Source of the DNA: Utricularia gibba
Taxonomy: Eukaryota > Plantae > Magnoliophyta
Assembly (NCBI GenBank): GCA_002189035.1
Contig: NEEC01000004.1
Coordinates: forward strand, 3,224,001-3,288,000
Reading direction: 5' to 3'
Length of the DNA stretch: 64,000 nt
How positions within the stretch are numbered: position 1 is the stretch's first letter; each line of letters begins with the position of its first letter. The position numbers and the translations under genes are program-made. The notes beneath the pieces were generated by a model. That model ran no database searches. It worked only from the letters and a program-made list of their open reading frames with translations, and had not been told where the DNA came from. Shown in pieces: positions 61,557-64,000 of this stretch.

Positions 61557-64000
61557 ACAACTTTATTAACCGTGGTAAAATTAGCCAATAACATTTATGT
61601 ATTACACAACTTAGGCCAATAATTGTAATTTTATTAACCAAACATTTTATCAATTTGTCAATTTCGAATATCAATTATTCGTAGTAAATTTATCAACTTA
61701 ATTTTTATTAATTTGTATGATTTTGAGTATATATGTACATTTTTTTCAATTTGACAATATTAACGATCAATTATTTACAAAATATATACATCAATAACAA
61801 ATAACTCTATTATAATTTGGACAATCAATATATAACCATTATAATTCTAAACCATAATAATTCATGTATGATACAAAATTTCAACTATATTAATGATGAT
61901 AAAACTAATCAATAACGTTTTCAATTAGGCAAATTCAACAAATAGTTGGAATTCTTTTTACCAAATGTTTTATTGATTTAGTAATTGCTAATTAATTATT
62001 TGTACTTAATTTGTAAATTTAAATAATTTTATCGAGTATATCATTTTCATTACATATGTACACTTTTATCAATTTAATACTATTAACCATCAAATATGTT
62101 CAAAAGTGTAATTTCATCTTAATCTTATCAATTGTATAATTTAAAATAATATTGTGACTCTTGATAATTTAATTTATTAACATTTTCCTTCATTTATAAT
62201 AACTTAGAATGTATTTCAAAATCCTAAATATATTTATTTTCTAATTTATGCATAGAACTTGTAATTAAAAACCTCATGTTTAATCTAACTCATTTATTAT
62301 ATTTGCAACTAAAAATTAATTAATCTTTATAGATCAACCTAATTTTGTTACTATTACATTTATTTTTTGTGAATTAAATTTTTAAACTGCTACCTAAAAA
62401 AATTGTCCACCATCATTAGATCAGCATCATGTGCCAAAGATTTCAATTGCCTGATGGATATGATCTATTGCACATGCGAGAGTTCATTAGTGCCTCATGC
62501 ACATACCACTAGAGATATATATATTATTGCATGATGCGTTTTGAGATACATTTTGTTTATTTCCTGTATACCATATATTCATTTAATTTTCAACTCTACT
62601 AATATACATGACTTATTCCGTTTTATGTTTAAATTCAGTATTTTCTGTATACCTCAATTCTGGTAGAATATCTTATTTAACTATCCCTTTGATAACTAGG
62701 TGACTACAACTTGTTGAATGGTTTGAAAAAAACCAAGTTTACACAAAAAGGTGAAAAGATATTTCAATTGAACTCTAATAACTTTTGCGAAATATGATGT
62801 AAAAGAGCATAATAAAATCATGATGATAGCCTTTTATTTGAGATTGTTTCTATGCACAAAGTTGGTTCTATCCAATATAATAGAACCGATAATGCCGTTC
62901 ATTGATAAATAATGGTTTCTAATAAAATGTTGTATTTTTTTAAACAAACATTATTCTATAGAATTTTTAATATTCTATAAAGTTGGATCGGTCAAAATCA
63001 ATGATTGAATGACAATCATCCATATTTTTTAAAAATGGTATTCACACAATTGATTAATTTAATGAATTTGTGATCGAAATTTTGTAAATGCATAGAAGTA
63101 ATCAAAGTACTAAATAACATAATTTATACATAAAATTGTCCAATTTTATATCTTTGAAAAAAGAAAAGATTAGAAATAACAACTATTGAATATAAAGAAC
63201 TATTTGAATAACATTTACTAAAAAAAAGGGTTTGTTTGAAATCAATTAAAACAATAGTTTTGAATTTAACTCTACTAATCTTATGGTTGTTCCAAGCATG
63301 CAAGTAAACATCAAATTTGATTTCTGCTTAAACTGAATGTATAATAAAAATGAACCTAAATAATACAAAGCTTTTTACCAAACATGTTTTGTATCCCAAA
63401 TCCATATATTACATTTAAATAAATCTAAATAAATTAAACCCAACCTATACACAAACCCACATACCAAATAATTACTTTGAGATATGTGGTTATAAATTAA
63501 AAATAATACAATAGTAAGCATCAAAATTTGAATTAAATGTTTAAGAATATAATAAAGCATTAATATATATAAAAGTTTGTGCAATATGGTTTCATCCAAG
63601 ATTCTTAACCCAAGTATGTTCAAACACATGTAGTACAATTCAAATAATAAGAAAATTTGAAAATCAAAGAAAACTAAAAAAAAGTAATCCAAAAACATTT
63701 CTAATTGTTGAGAGATAAACGGTTTTTATTGAGAGGATATCGATCCCTTTTTTATGTCTCATATCATCTAGTGAGTTTGGATAAGTTTTTTTTATATATT
63801 TTATTCAATAATACATGGAAATATTTTCATATTTAATTCAAATAATCCTGAGTCTTCATATCCAATAGCATTTTGATTAATCTTCACCTCCCCAAGACTA
63901 TTGGGCTTCTATTTAGGTCCAATTTCGTGCATTTCATAATTCATAGTGCATGAACATCTCAATTTTATTTTTTCAAATTGGATTGTAAATTCTATAAACA

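Noticed and set aside
62400-62515. Helitron 3' end (GC-richer patch ending CACTAG)
   Set aside because: There is no convincing terminal hairpin, the following base is A rather than T, and no 5' TC end was identified.
61560-64000. AT-rich tail and the 107-aa ORF at 63375-63698
   Set aside because: The ORF is low-complexity, with Leu/Ile/Phe/Tyr bias from AT richness. No repeats, termini or motifs could be supported.

Overview
Angiosperm nuclear DNA, AT-rich, with spliceosomal introns; the species cannot be determined from sequence alone. Six intact-looking host genes are supported by manually spliced exon chains: a DUF3537 membrane protein (+), a conserved plant protein with a probable transit peptide (+), an organellar uL18-like protein with a long repeat-containing N-terminal extension (+), a SKU5-similar (SKS) cupredoxin (-), a GH17+X8 beta-1,3-glucanase (-) and a Ni-type glyoxalase I (+). 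About 33 kb (24.4-57.0 kb) between the glucanase and glyoxalase is almost all transposon. It holds a hAT MITE, a copia remnant, a minus-strand Athila-type element with an env-like ORF, a very young Athila-type element nested inside it, a three-fragment LTR junction, and a PIF/Harbinger element with TAA TSDs that carries extra cargo including a decayed FCP1/NIF phosphatase-like gene. The left end has an Athila-like LTR piece and a copia remnant containing a complete TRIM. A Mutator-like foldback element sits just upstream of the SKS gene. The best unannotated candidate is a hairpin at ~21.48-21.63 kb whose 3' arm is antisense to the NBS-LRR P-loop codons (G-M-G-G-I-G), i.e. a probable divergent MIR482/2118 locus. 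No prokaryote-type systems (CRISPR etc.) are present. All family assignments come from motif recognition by eye, not from database searches.
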